The translations under genes and the position numbers were made by a program. Under the pieces are notes generated by a model. That model searched no databases, was not told the DNA's origin, and worked only from the letters and a program-made list of their open reading frames with translations. DNA of 64,000 bases from Octopus vulgaris (lineage: Eukaryota): NCBI GenBank assembly GCA_951406725.2, contig OX597815.1, positions 170,934,001 to 170,998,000 of the forward strand, written 5' to 3'. Of the stretch, positions 26,165-39,734 are shown piece after piece (positions within the stretch are counted from its first letter, which is position 1; every line of letters starts with the position of its first letter).

Positions 26165-28812
26165 GCACACACACACATCACACCACACAATTTAATAGAA
26201 ACTGAAAGGTCACCAAACGTCATTCGCTTCGTGTCTCTTCTTATGTATCCATAAAAGATTTTAGAACATAAAATTTGGTATAAACTAGATGTGCAGTAAA
26301 AATGTTTAAATATAGTAATGATCACTATTTGTAAAAACTGTAAATTTAGTACATAAATATATTAAAAAATGTATATGAAAAAAAATTAAAATATCTCTAT
26401 AAGTGCAAAAATATAAAGCAGTTGATAAATGCGTTTGCATAAATATCTAACATGTCTTTAAAATCTATACAGTTATACAAAATGTTGGTGATTAGTTCAG
26501 AATTGTTCAGATATTTCAAATTATTAAACCATGCGTTTTATTTATTGGTGCAAGAATTATCCTTTTGGTGAGCAGAAATGAATTAGAACTAGATACTTTG
26601 AAGCGTGTTAACATTGGCTTAAAATATCTTATCTTTATTAGAATTTATCGCTTAACCAGACTTTTAAGCGTAAATTTGAACGAGGAATACCACATATATG
26701 TTGTAGCATTGCCATGAGAATAATAATCATCTTTAAACGGCACTGTGCTTTTTCAAAGGAAAATGCATTTGGAAAGGTTTACAAAAATCTTCCATTCAAG
26801 TTTCTTGATTGTTTGATAAGAGCAGACTTCCCACTGCAATCTATGTAGAAAACAGAATATAGTCCCATGGATATTCTACATTACTCATAAATATTACAGC
26901 ATCAATTTTGCGTGTAACCCTGATTGCGGTTTAAGCAATCTGACTAATACCGAGTTAAATATATATGAGAAGCATATTCTACCTTGCATTATACTTACAA
27001 CAAGAAAAGCAATTTTTCTCTCATTATAGAGCAATACTGTGTTCCTAATAGGATAGTCGAGCAGTATTAGCGGCAAATAGCACAGCTATTTTACAGAAAT
27101 TCGTATTAAGGAATTCTAAACCTTCATACGTAAATGCCTTCTCATCAAGGCCTTAATTTTAACAAAGTAAGCTGTGTCGAACTAATCACTGCACTTGATA
27201 TTAAACTCACTGCTCACAAAAAGAAATCCCTTTAAATTTTCGATTACTGGGTTATAAAAAACACGGGAAATTCTTTTGATATTTCCATGCAATTACGAAA
27301 TTATGAGAAATGTTTAGAATCTATATATTGAACATGTTGCCTAAAAAATCTCCTATCATAAATGGCGGGGCTACACAGAAATGATGGCTTTTAAGAGCTC
27401 TTGCACAAATATCCATACACTGTGTTGTTATAAACAGGTATATTCTTTTATTCTTTTATTTCTTAGTGATTTTAGTTACTGAACTGTAGCCAATCGGGAC
27501 CATCGTCTTATTATGGATTTTGTCGATCATATTGACTTTTTGTACAAATACAAGGGGCAAAAAGTGTTCACAACAATGATACTTATTGTAGTTAATTGAT
27601 TTGCCGTCTGCTCTGGGAGACGGCTACACACCTAAATATAATGACTTACTGCTACGAAGTGAACTGGAAAAAATTGGAGGCCTATTGTGACCACAAAATC
27701 TTTTAGAGTAAATAGAGCCACTGTAGCACACATAACGACCATTTTATTGTCAGCTCTTTTGTAATTTTGAAATAAAGGTTAAATATCACACTACATTCAC
27801 ACACACACATGTATATCTATCTATCTATTTACCCATAGATACACACACACATATAAGCATTTTCAAATTTTTATATTTCATGCTTACATATGCAGTTATA
27901 TGTGTGTGTGTGTAAAAGGAGCTTAAAGCTAACACCCAGCCTATCGAAGGAGCCCTAATGGAAGATGGTTATAGCAATAGGGGCAGACCCAAAGGTATTG
28001 TGAATTATAGAAGCACCATACAACAATGCCCTGTGTGTTGTGATCTGGGATGATTAGCTGAGTGTTTGCGCGTGGGTACTTTTTACACATTCTGGAAGCT
28101 TGTCATTAGAGTACATAAAAATTTAGATAAAATTTTGGTCTCACTGTCGCCTACATATTACGGACGACACGAACCTAATACCTACAAACTGAAAAGGTCC
28201 AGTAAACAGTTAGTGGAAGCAGGTAAAAACAATTAAGGTATAAAAATTTATGGTGTCAAGAGCAAGATTCTATTATCTGCAAGCATATATATATATATAT
28301 ATATATATATTTCCAAATTTTTCAGTACGTGAAATGTGACAAGTTCTCCTGGCAAACAGCGTGCAGAAGACAGGGAAAATAATGTACAACAAACGAGACG
28401 TTAACCAGAAGCAAAAACAAAAGAAATAGACTTTATAACTCTCTTATTCTCCGGATTGCAATATACGCCATGGACGATAAATGCAGACCAGAGTTTTTTT
28501 TAATGCTATAGTTTAGTTTTATACTTAAGATATCATGGTTAGACAGGCGTAGAAATACTGGCATAAGAAAAGTTTTTATATGACACAATAATAATAATAA
28601 TAATAAAGAGACTGAACAGGTTTGATCATGTAATAAGAGGGTTATTCATGTACAGGCCCAAAGCTTTCCAAGAACCCGTCCACGTGGTAGATTATGTAAT
28701 AGGAGGACTTTTCAAACCCGTGAATAAGTAGGACTACCACTCGCAACAGCGGAGACAGCATCTAAACAAAGTAGGTCCAGCTAGAAAACGAGAGAGAGAG
28801 AGAGGGAGAGAG

Positions 28813-28907
<95 letters not shown>

Positions 28908-28989
28908 AAAGGTCCGAAACGGTCTGAACAACTAAGTCTACAAGTATATTGCTTATTGCTCGCACAATCGCCCTTCCCCAAGTTTGTGC

Positions 28990-29235
28990 TCGCAGTTTTT
29001 CCACCTTTACTCAACAGGCATCGGAATGTTGCCTTGCAACGATGGCACAGCATACAATTTTAGGTCCAATAAAGATTGCACAATACCTCACAGACCCTCT
29101 CCACCCTAGTGATATGATCCAGAGGCAAGTCAGAGTGAGGTGACCAGTACAAATATGGGTCGCAGGCTCAGGAATGTTGGAGCACCATGATCTCAAGTGC
29201 AAGCAAAATATCCCCCAAATGCCCTAAACCATACC
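28990..29235 (-). pseudogene. Possible decayed Tc1/mariner transposase remnant
   Basis: Minus-strand MV*GIWG and YWSPHSDLPLDH resemble VMVWG and WPP.SPDLNPLD, followed by an RCKATFR..L...GG-like C-terminus. Confidence 0.4.
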
Positions 29236-29699
29236 CTGAGTATTCGGTTTTATATCAGAGTGAACTTTTACAGACATACATTCACACATAAATGTGTGTG
29301 TGCGTGCGCGCACGTGTGCATCTATGTATGTAGGCATGTATAAATGAATGTATGTGAGTGCATGTATTTATACACACATATCTCTAGAATTTTAAAACAG
29401 CGTAAGTTTAGCCGACAAAATAGAATGTTTTGTTTAAAATGAGATGAATGCAAGTATTTGTGCGAAAATGTCAAACACTTAGAAGCAGGCTTGTATATTT
29501 TTTATGCCACATCAGTTGTCTAAATTAAATACAAATCTTCTCTGTTCCCTTGCTTAAGTTACATTTGAGTTCTTTTTAATTTTTTTCTTTGCTCTAGCTT
29601 ACGATCCAAAAGATGTGCTACTAACCACTTTGAATATGTTTATTTTCTCTCTTTAGATGTTGTACATGTCGGTAACACAGATCACAAAGAGTTAAATTA

Positions 29700-30005
29700 A
29701 TTTTTCACTCACAATGTAAGATTACCTTCATCGTTTCAAGTATCGTACGTCTGCAGTGCATTGATGACATTGCAACGGAGGTTTTGCCGATTAAGCGCGT
29801 ATTCTCCAGCTGCTTATCACTCTTGTCAAACAAGCTCCTGATATTGTCCATCCATTGCGTTCTTTGCCCGCTTCTTATTCTATTGCCTTGTACTCTTCCT
29901 TTCATGATAATATTCTCCAAACCTTTACTTTTCCGAATATTACCATAATAGACTAGATTTGTGTTTTCATAATGTTCAAGAGTAAGACTGGGAGCTTAAT
30001 TTAGA
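29700..30005 (-). mobile_element. Decayed RTE-clade LINE C-terminal fragment
   Basis: YYGNIRKSKGLENIIMKGRVQGNRIRSGQRTQWMDNIR resembles the RTE YFGHI.R...LE..IM.G.V.G.R.RGR.R.RW.D.I motif. Confidence 0.65.
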
Positions 30006-32969
30006 GTTATTTGAGGCTTAAACTACTGACTGTTTTTGAATAAGCAGTGATTGAATATTACAGAGACCAACACGAAAATGAGCTCAAGTCGTATATGACA
30101 TGTAAAGAAATAATTTAAATTAATTGCTATATTTCAGTGTAAATTCAATGGAGCCATGCGATGACTTCTCGGTTTTATTCTATTCTCGTTTACATTTCTA
30201 AAGAAAAGAAAATAACCAGTAAAATTCTCCTTCTGATGGGAGCTTATAAATTTGTTAACTGCAATTATATTTCAATCAGGACGCGGCAAATTTGACTTTT
30301 GGAGTCGTAAGTGATATAAAAAATAGTTCAATTATAACTGGGTTATGAGACGAACGGACTGACATCTACCATGCATCCACAATAACAGTAGAAAAATATT
30401 TCTTCATTTAGAGTTTCTGGTTGTTACAAGAATACCATTGGAATATGAGAGAATCACATGTTGATTTATATATAAACACCAAAATCCTATTAGAGAAAGA
30501 ACAGCGTGTGATGGATATCAACAGAAATGCGAGGAACGTCGGAAAACGCATTAAGGTTAGATAAAGGAGTAAACTAAGGTCATTAATACAGTTAATGCGA
30601 ACAAAAGGCTTGTACAGAATGAAAGATAAATACAACAATGTGCATGCAAAGCTTAGGAGCTTTTTTGTTGAGAATATACGTGAAGAGGAGAATTATCAAC
30701 TATCTAAAAGATAATAAAACGTATATATTGAAAAAAAATCACTTACAAAGATGAGTGTTAGAAACTGAAGAAAGGGTTAATAATAGAAAACAGTAAACTT
30801 AGCGAAGGATTCCAGAATTTCAGGAGGGGTTGTATCTCACGCAACCACATAATCCATCAAATTGACATCGACTCATCAAACACTGGAATTGTGGGCAAGA
30901 TCCCAATATACTTTTCTCTTGCAGCGTTATCTAGTTTTCAATCGATAAATCCACCAGATGTGTGTGACAACACTCCTACTCCATCAAAATAATCTATTTC
31001 AGCCAGTAGAAAAAAAGTGAAGTAAGGGAAATAACAGTAATGGGGGCCAATGACACTGATCTAGACACCTAAGTTGCGTAGCAATGTTCTGAATAACGTA
31101 CGCAACAACATACACAGTGTATAAAAAGGTATTTAGGGCAAAACAAAATGGAACTTCAACAGCTATTATTAGTAAGGGGGCATGGTTAAGTGGGAGATAT
31201 AATGTTAACAGACAAAATGATCGCAAGAAGCATGTTTCCATGTTATTGAACCTCTTCAGCATTTTTGATCAGTCAGGAATTTATAAATAGAAAAATAAAG
31301 AGTTAAATAATCAGTTATCAGATTTTTCCCTGTGCTTGACGATCTGCTTAACTGGGAAATTGATTTTTAAGCAAAGCTCCGAGCTTTGTTAGATTAATTA
31401 TTCTAGGTTTCACTGGTTGATGAAACACAGCAATGTCGAAACACCGGTTGTGTCCGCGTCCCTTGAGCAAAGGAATTAAGTATGTCATGAGCACACATTC
31501 ATCATTAAGGAAAAATTGCTTTCCTGCGACGAAACACAGCAGCGATTACAATATTCATCTTTGAAGATACAGGAAGGCTTTAAGAATAAATATGCATGTC
31601 AATGATCTTTAATATCTTAATTTCTTTTAATTTCAACTCATTTTCATCAAATAATCACCTTTTAATACATTAAGAATATTTTTACCAACATCATTGACTG
31701 AATTCACTAAATTCTTGACTTCAAATATTTCAACTTTTTTGTTGGCAAAAATTCATCCTACATTTTTTTCTATTTAGGAAACCTCTTCTCAACTAAACAA
31801 TACAAGCCTAAATAATCTAAGCTATGCTGTTCTGATGAGCGTAATAAATCGCAAGTGTATCTGCAGCTGTCACATTATTCCCTAGCAAATCACATTTTGA
31901 TCTCAGGCAGAAAAATACAATTTTCTGTGTCGCCGATAATTAATTTATGAAGTTTTTCTTTGTTTATCTATGAAAGTCGTAAACAAATGCTAATAAGGTT
32001 TTACTGAGGCTAATTTGAATTTATTATAAGATGCTCTTTATTTCGTATGTATGTATTTGTACGTGTGTGTGTGAGTGAATGTGTGTGTACATCGTTATAT
32101 TCTAAATTATTGGTTTCAAACTATTAAACTTAGTCGAAACTCAGTAGTGCATTCTTAACCTATTTGTGTATTCGTTTACCACCTGAAAATAGATATCGCT
32201 ATCAAGATTAATGCAATATTCAAAACAGTGTTGTAACTCTCTTCTCTGTGTGTAGCCCCTGCTCTAGTTATACATACATGCGTGTGAGTGTATGTGTTTG
32301 ATGGCTGTCATCTCGTAAATGAGTATGACCATCATACCAAAGCAATGCCCGTGCAAAATGTTTGGTCCAATAAGGATTGTATAATACTTCATAGGTCTCT
32401 CCACGCTAATGATATAGTTCAGTGACAAGCCGAGGCAAGATATCTTGTACCAATATTAGATGCAGCTTCAAAAACGTGGGAGCGATATGCCAAGCTCCAG
32501 CAAAAGATCGCCAAAATACCCAATGCCACAACCTGTATATAGGGTTTTACATCAAAGTGATATTATTCCAGAAACATGCTTTAACAAAACCTGGGCTGAT
32601 CCTCAGTCCTATTGACTTCAGCATGACATATGCGAACCCGAGATTTCTGGGTGCTTGTGATATTGCTTGAGGATTGTGTAACCTACATCAGGTCCATCCG
32701 TCTTTTTGACACGTCTTCTTTTAAGTCTTGCTGGGATTTTGACAACTCTCCTCAACAGGTTAAGCTGCTGGGGATGCGGTTTTACTTGTTAACAAACAGA
32801 TGTGTAAGAAATAAAAGATTTTATTGGATACCATGTTACCAGTGGCAATCATGAGTGATTTGACAGTTACTATATATTTATATTCTTTTATTTGTTTCAG
32901 TCATCTGACAGCGGTCATGCCGGAGCTCCACCTCTAGTCGAAAAAATTGACCTCGTATATATATATATA

Positions 32970-33432
32970 TGGTGGTGGTGGTCCACTCCTTATAGAGAGT
33001 TTGACCACCTCCTGTACCTACACTTTAGAACCATCATGGCACCTAATGTGGCTTTTTAAACCAGACAATGTTCTGAAAAGACAGCCACATGGAATGCATA
33101 TCCGTTTCAGACCACCAACACTTGCAGTTAAGTTCTGATCTTTGTGGATCGTAAAATATCTTTTGAGGCCTACGTTGCATTTACAGACCTTCTGGCATAT
33201 ATTGCATTGAAAGGCAGGCACAGACACATAAGCAGAATAGTTGGTGGAGTTTCATTTTCCATGGGTTTGCAAATGAGATTTGAGCCCAGCAAAAGAAAGG
33301 CATGGTCTCTCACAGAAAGAGGCCATTGTGATTCACCTTCTCAGTCGTAACATTCTTCCTTAAATCTCTCTTAAGTCTTGCATGAGTTATCCTTGCCTCT
33401 TCAAACGCTTTCACTCCACTCCACACTCTACG
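32970..33432 (-). mobile_element. RTE-clade LINE 3' fragment with C-terminal C2H2-like zinc fingers
   Basis: RVWSGVKAFEEARITHARLKRDLRK, then FCERPCLSFAGLKSHLQTH, CNICQKVCKCNVGLKRYFTIH and CIPCGCLFRTLSGLKSHIRCH*, followed by a short 3' UTR ending in (CCA)n/(TA)n. Confidence 0.75.
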
Positions 33433-33848
33433 TTATGTGTGTGTGTGTGTGTGTGTATGTGTGTGTGACTGTACACACACACACGTATGTGTGTGGGGGT
33501 GTATATACGTGTGTGTGTATGTAAACGAATACACACAAACACGCACCCACATGTATGTTATTGTAGGGAAATGTAATGTTGCACCTAAAAGAAAATACTG
33601 TATAACATTATTGTTTACATTCTCCTACAATCCAAGGGTTCATGCCAGAATTCTCAAAGAGGCTTCATTTATTGCTTTTAGGGATATAACCTTGTTATTA
33701 TACTGTAGACACTCCATTGCCGCTCCTTGATATTGCCTTTACTGAATGCGACTTCAAACAGCCATATCGCACGCACACACGCTAGTGAACACACGAAAGA
33801 ATATAGCACTCAGCATATTTGGTATTTGCTACATATAAATTTTAATAA

Positions 33849-33984
33849 GCGTTTGACGTAGCTCAATATAACTTTCAGTTTCGTAGGCACGTAGGACACC
33901 TCCATCTCATCAGAAATCAGGAGAGATTCCTAATTTCTGATGAGAGGATGCGTCCACGAACGCTTTAGTTATACGAAGTCAAGC
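33849..33984. mobile_element. Small degenerate palindrome containing two divergent hammerhead-core motifs
   Basis: CTCATCAGAAAT (33906-33917) pairs with ATTTCTGATGAG (33933-33944). The minus strand has CTGATGA...GAAAC, and the plus strand has CTGATGA-gaGGAtgcgTCCac-GAAC. Outer TATAACT/AGTTATA. Confidence 0.5.
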
Positions 33985-34004
33985 TGTTATATATACATGC
34001 ACGC

Positions 34005-34054
<50 letters not shown>

Positions 34055-34094
34055 TCACTCACTCACTCACTCACACACACACACCCCTATAAAT

Positions 34095-34372
34095 ATTTGC
34101 TAGGCTCACATCTCATTTGCGGTCTCATGAAAAACTCACCTCCAATAACTTCTCTGCTTATATATCTGTGCGCACCTTTCATTGTCGTGTATGCCATAAG
34201 GTCTGCAAATCTAACGGAGGCCTCAAAGGACATTTTAAGATCCACAAAGATCAGAACTTAACAGCAAGTCTTGGTGGTACAAACCAGATAAGCCACAACA
34301 GACGTCATGATGATCTAAAGTGTAAGTGCAAGAGGTGGTCATATTCTGCATAAGGAGTAGACAACGGCCATA
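34095..34372 (+). mobile_element. Second RTE-clade LINE 3' fragment (same family, internally deleted)
   Basis: GLTSHLRSH..FHCRVCHKVCKSNGGLKGHFKIHKDQNLTAS. The 3' UTR gaggtggtcatattctgcataaggagtagacaac matches the minus-strand copy. Confidence 0.75.
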
Positions 34373-34550
34373 TATATCTATGTATAAGCATTGCAACTTT
34401 TTGTGCACAATATTTTTATGAACTTTTTTATATTTTCCCAAGAATTTTCCTTGTAAACTGTTTTTAACATGTTATTATTATCAAAGAATTTATATACGTA
34501 TTGTAATATTGTGTGACAACCAGTTCCTAACACAACAAAGTTTTTACATG

Positions 34551-34596
34551 TTACTTTTGACAATCTTTTCCTAAAAAAGTGAAACCGGTCTAGTAA
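34551..34596 (+). ncRNA. Hammerhead-like motif, U3-A8 core variant, in a probable PLE tail
   Basis: TTACTt-TTGACAA-tCTTTT ccta AAAAGt-GAAACCGGTC-tAGTAA, with palindromic ACCGGT stem III and GUC triplet. Mismatches flank the core. Confidence 0.55.
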
Positions 34597-35230
34597 ATAA
34601 ACAACTTTTAAAACTGTATTTTCAAACCTTCTTTCATATATAATTTTACTCGTGCGGTACCTTTGTTATATATATGCTTGTGTTGAAGGATTTTAAAATA
34701 ATTTAATTCCATTGTAAACATATTTGGTAGCTCATTGTAAAAGGCACTGGTGATGAATTCGATATACGCTGGTTAACGGAATATTTTTTCCGCAGTTTCA
34801 CTTCAATAATAATGATAATTATCGTAATGATAATTATCGTAAGAGCTAGAAGCAGAAGAAGAAGAAGAATCGACATATATCTGTGTATGTGTGTATGTGT
34901 GTTTGCGCGCGTGTATATATGAGTGTGTTGTGTGTTTATGTGTGTATATGTGTGTGTGTGAGTACAGATGCAGCCAGACAGCCACCCACACGTCTAAATA
35001 GGTAAGCTATGCGCTCGTGGCCACATGTGTGTGCGTGTTATGTGTGTAAATAAAGCAAATCAGATCAAACACAATGGTATTTGTTTGATTGGAATAATCG
35101 ATTTTGCAGACACATATTACTTTTCCCATTCCACATACACATGCACGCACGCATGCACACACACACACACAGATATGTGTGCATGTATGCATATATATAT
35201 ATATATATATATATGCACATATGTGTGTGT

Positions 35231-35282
<52 letters not shown>

Positions 35283-36733
35283 TGGTCGATTTAGAGCGCC
35301 CGTCTCAATATCGGTTTATAGGGCTTGAGACCAGAAACAAAAACCGTGCAAAGACTATGATCGGAATAAAGTATGTTACTAAACATATTGTTATACGAAA
35401 CTTGTTATATTTTCTATTTTTCTTTATAATAGTTCGCATTGTAATTGTCATCTAAATGCAGCAAGCCAATAATTACACGAATGTTCCGCTTTACTTCTCA
35501 TGTCACAGTTAAGGCTAAATTCCTGTCTGTCATGAAATTCGGAAAATGGTCTAACAAATTTCTGTTGTAGTTAGGCCACCTATTACACCACCTCCCGTCT
35601 CTCAATGCCTATACCGGCGCGATCACATATACACACAATTAGATGCATATAAACGCAAACGTATATACATGCATACATGCGGAGAGTGTGTATGTCTTTA
35701 TATTACTTCCATGCATGTGTTATCTGACTGTGAGATTTGCTTTAGCCAGGTAATGATATCCATGAGTAACAAAAAATAGGGGCTTGATAATAAATTTTAC
35801 GCAGCAGTAAAGAAATGGAGAACATTTAACTTTTTGGACTGATTTCTTTCATCAAAAGATAGAGAGTAAAAGGTAGAGAAGAATGAAAATATAGCAAAGG
35901 CTATACTATGAACAAAGCATGTTGGAGAATGGGTTGAAGTCGTTCAACGCAATCGTATTTTACAGCAACGAAGGGTTATCGAAAATATAGACATAGGCGA
36001 AAACTAAACTTCAGTGTACGCGTGTTTTGTAGTGTGTATATCCATATAGGTAAGTGTGTGTTGACAGCGTGTTGTGTGTGAATGTGTCGGTATAGGTGTG
36101 TTTCCCTGTTATTGCGAATAGAACATCGTACCGTGTATGTGCGATAGTGGCTTAATAGAGTTTAGAAGAGAGGACGAATGGTACCAAATCGAGTGTGAGT
36201 GTGTGTGTGTGTCTGTGTCTGTAAGAGACAAACGGGGAAGAGTGAAAAGCACAGAGGTAAGTATTTGAGTGTGTAGAAACTAGTATCGCAAAATAATATC
36301 ATGAAGTTCGTCATACTGTTTCAGCGAAGTGATTGTAAACTAAGTTCAGTTCTTCCTAAAATATACAGGAGACGTTGCTTCAGGGCATAAAATTATACAA
36401 CAGACGTTGAGGCGCTGCTGGGCGCGTTAAGCAAACTTTATATACTACACGTAGGAGCTGCTCTATAAAAGTCTATCAAGATCTGATCGGATTCTCCGTG
36501 CAAAAAATACCACATAGTTGACATGTTATGAAGCAAATATGGTCCGTGCAGTAAACAGAATTGGTGTAGTTTAGAAACCTGGTAAAGAGGGGCATAAAAA
36601 TTGAATCGAAGACAGCGAGTTTGGCTTGTTTACCAACCTTTGTTCTTCTGAGGAGCTAATGACAGAGTTGGAGTAGTACTGTGTCAGCACATGCACTTCT
36701 AGCATCTAATTCAGCCTCCTGTCTTCCGCTAGT

Positions 36734-36734
<1 letters not shown>

Positions 36735-36820
<86 letters not shown>

Positions 36821-36841
36821 CACACATATATATATATATAT

Positions 36842-36888
<47 letters not shown>

Positions 36889-36897
36889 TAGATAGGC

Positions 36898-36947
<50 letters not shown>

Positions 36948-37060
36948 GCAGATAGATTATATATATATAGATATAGATATGTATGTATGTATGTATGTAT
37001 GATGTGCATTACACACGCACACATACCTACACGCACGTATAATATAGATATGTGTGTGTG

Positions 37061-37135
<75 letters not shown>
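36735..37135. repeat. Compound microsatellite block (TA)n-(GATA)n-(TATG)n-(GA)n, representative of dozens of tracts in the window
   Basis: Directly visible. Similar tracts lie at 5090-5410, 14445-14560, 28790-28905, 42775-43050, 48730-49055, 54700-54925 and 62570-62720. Confidence 0.95.
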
Positions 37136-37137
<2 letters not shown>

Positions 37138-38136
37138 GGTAAGAAATGTCTTATCCATATACATTATATAAAAAAAAGAGTCGGAAGAACTCAATACAAA
37201 GTTGTAGAGTAAGTTATGAACATTGTTTTAAAGCTAAAATTTCATATAATACGACGATTACTTTCATGTTTTGTCGATGTAATAAAAGAAACAATGTAAT
37301 AAATGCAATCAATTTCATAAACGAAACAGTTTTGTTATTTGTAAACGGGATGAGTTCTGAAAAACGTTGAATATGATTTTGCTTGTTTTAAACGTATAGA
37401 TCGAATGTTATTGAATATAGTTGTCGGTCGTTCGCCTGTTTGTATTTTTAGATATGCGATGACAAAAATAACGAGTTTCTTTTTATTGTTAACTAAAGAA
37501 AGTTCATGTATGTTTGTATGCATGTGTCTGCATATATGCTATATATAAAGAGGGAGAGAGAGAAATGGACAGGAGGGTGATGAAAGATAGAAAGCGACAA
37601 ACAATGAAAGAGAAAAAGAGAGTGGTAAGAGAATGATTAAACAGACAGGCTAATAATGAACGACAAAGGGAAGAGAAAAAGAACATGAATATCACCTCAG
37701 CAGCTACAGGGGAGGACGGGGGAAGCTTCAGACGGAGAACTCCATGCAAATATAATTATTATCTAACTTTTATTTTAATTTTGTGCTTTTCGCAAATTAG
37801 ACGGCTAATGGTCGATCAATTTTAATAATTGAGAACAACCTGGGTCGATATCCTAGTTGCGCTAATGAATATGATTATATTTTAAGAAGAAACTTTTCAA
37901 TATGATAGAATGAAATTGTTGGTGTTGTGATCGTTGTTGTTGTTGCTGTTGTTGTTGTTGTTTAGCACAGAGGTCAGTAGTTCAACAATGACCATCTATA
38001 GTTCTTGTATATTACAGACTTATGTATTTGCATTGTCCACTTTGCCCTTGCTATATTAAGATGGCTAAGTTTGATTTGAGTGAGATCTGCTTTTACTTTT
38101 TTTTTATTTCTCGAAGGTCGAACGATCACGTACAGG

Positions 38137-38190
<54 letters not shown>

Positions 38191-39126
38191 CTTTCTTTCT
38201 TTCTCCCCCCTCTCTCTCTTCCTCTCTCCTCCTTCTCTTCTTTCTCTCTCTCGCTTTCTCCACCCTCGTTCTCTCTTGTTGGTTCGATAACTGAATAATG
38301 CTATCGATAATGACTATTTTTAACTTTAGAACACACGTACTCTCGGTTAGCATACCTCCTTGCCCAACCAGAAAAGCCTGACATATAAGTCAATCTAACT
38401 AACGTGGTATTAATTATTTAAAGTTTCTCCAGTCATTATTAAACGTAGTTTTCATCGAACAAAATCACGTGTGCATGTAGTCCCGACGAAAGTATAACAA
38501 AAAAAAATACAGATGTAAACGAAAAACAAAAATCAACCGAAGAAGATATAGCTTCCATTGATTTTCACAAATATATGGATATCTGTGAAGACATAGCACA
38601 ATAAACAAGCGTTTCAACGGAAAGTAGTAATCTTACTGTTCGTATAAATATTCCTATATATTGGAATATTTCCAAACAATTGCTATTTGAGAAAATTACT
38701 TCAATTGGTAGGTTCTGTTTCCATTGGTATCTTAGGCGAAAGAAATGAAACACTAGATGAAAATGTCGATCGAACCTCCAACATATATTCGGTGTTAGAT
38801 AAGTAGCATTGCAATAGCCTGGAACACCAAGAACATCAAAGCCTTTCTGTTGTTAAACAGGACACGTTGTTCTCATAAAAACGGCTGCTAATACTTCATT
38901 CTATATGTAATTATATGGCTGTGTGGTTAAGTGGTTTGTTGTAGAAACAAATGTTTCCAGGTCTCCCCACAGTGTGTGATATCTTAGGTGAGTGGCTTCT
39001 GCTATTATCTCGGGCTAATCAATATGTAAAAAGCGGAATTTGATAAACAGAAACAATGCAGAAGCCCATTTCTATTAATTCATATACCTATATATCCTTC
39101 AATATCTATCTATCTATCTATCTATC

Positions 39127-39202
<76 letters not shown>

Positions 39203-39446
39203 CTGTGTGTGACTGTGTGTATACATATATGTGTGTGTGTGTACATATATATATATATATATACATATGTTCAGCAAAATTTAGATTCAAATGAATATGG
39301 TACTTAAGTCAGATGTATCAGAATTTAGTATGGTGTTATCCATATAAATCCGTGGGGTGATCATAATCAAAATAAGCAATATCTTCTTCGGTAAGAAGAT
39401 ATTCTTGTTACTTATTTTGAGTATATATATATATGTACATATATAT

Positions 39447-39643
39447 AAAGCAAATAAGTAACAAGGATGTCCAGCTATCAGTCCATTACGGCCGTTTCAA
39501 GGCTCCATTTAATCGATCGATGCAAATATCAGATCAATTTGAAATTGATGGAATGTTTGCATTGATCGATTAAATGGAGCCGCTTGAAACGGCAATGGCC
39601 GTAATGCATTGATACCTAGACATCCTTGTTACATATTTGCTTT
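39447..39643. repeat. ~200-bp near-perfect palindrome next to (TA)n
   Basis: AAAGCAAATAAGTAACAAGGATGTC... / ...GACATCCTTGTTACATATTTGCTTT, with centre ATCAATTT-G-AAATTGAT. The adjacent small palindrome 39367-39420 shares the end CTTGTTACTTATTT. Confidence 0.85.
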
Positions 39644-39734
39644 TTATCCACCTAACTTCGAGCTGTGTAGATAATACTGGACAGACTTGGTGTCTCAGCT
39701 TAAGCATCTAATTCAACTGAATATATATATGCAT

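Noticed and set aside
33018-33227. Apparent host C2H2 zinc-finger gene
   Set aside because: The upstream RTE-type sequence, the short LINE-like 3' UTR and a second truncated copy indicate a retrotransposon fragment.
35350-35410. CTATGA-hairpin-GAAAC motif
   Set aside because: Core is incomplete and stems I/III are absent; at most a decayed remnant.
36460-36480. TATA-like CTATAAAAG as a promoter
   Set aside because: Expected by chance in AT-rich DNA, with no downstream exon or ORF support.
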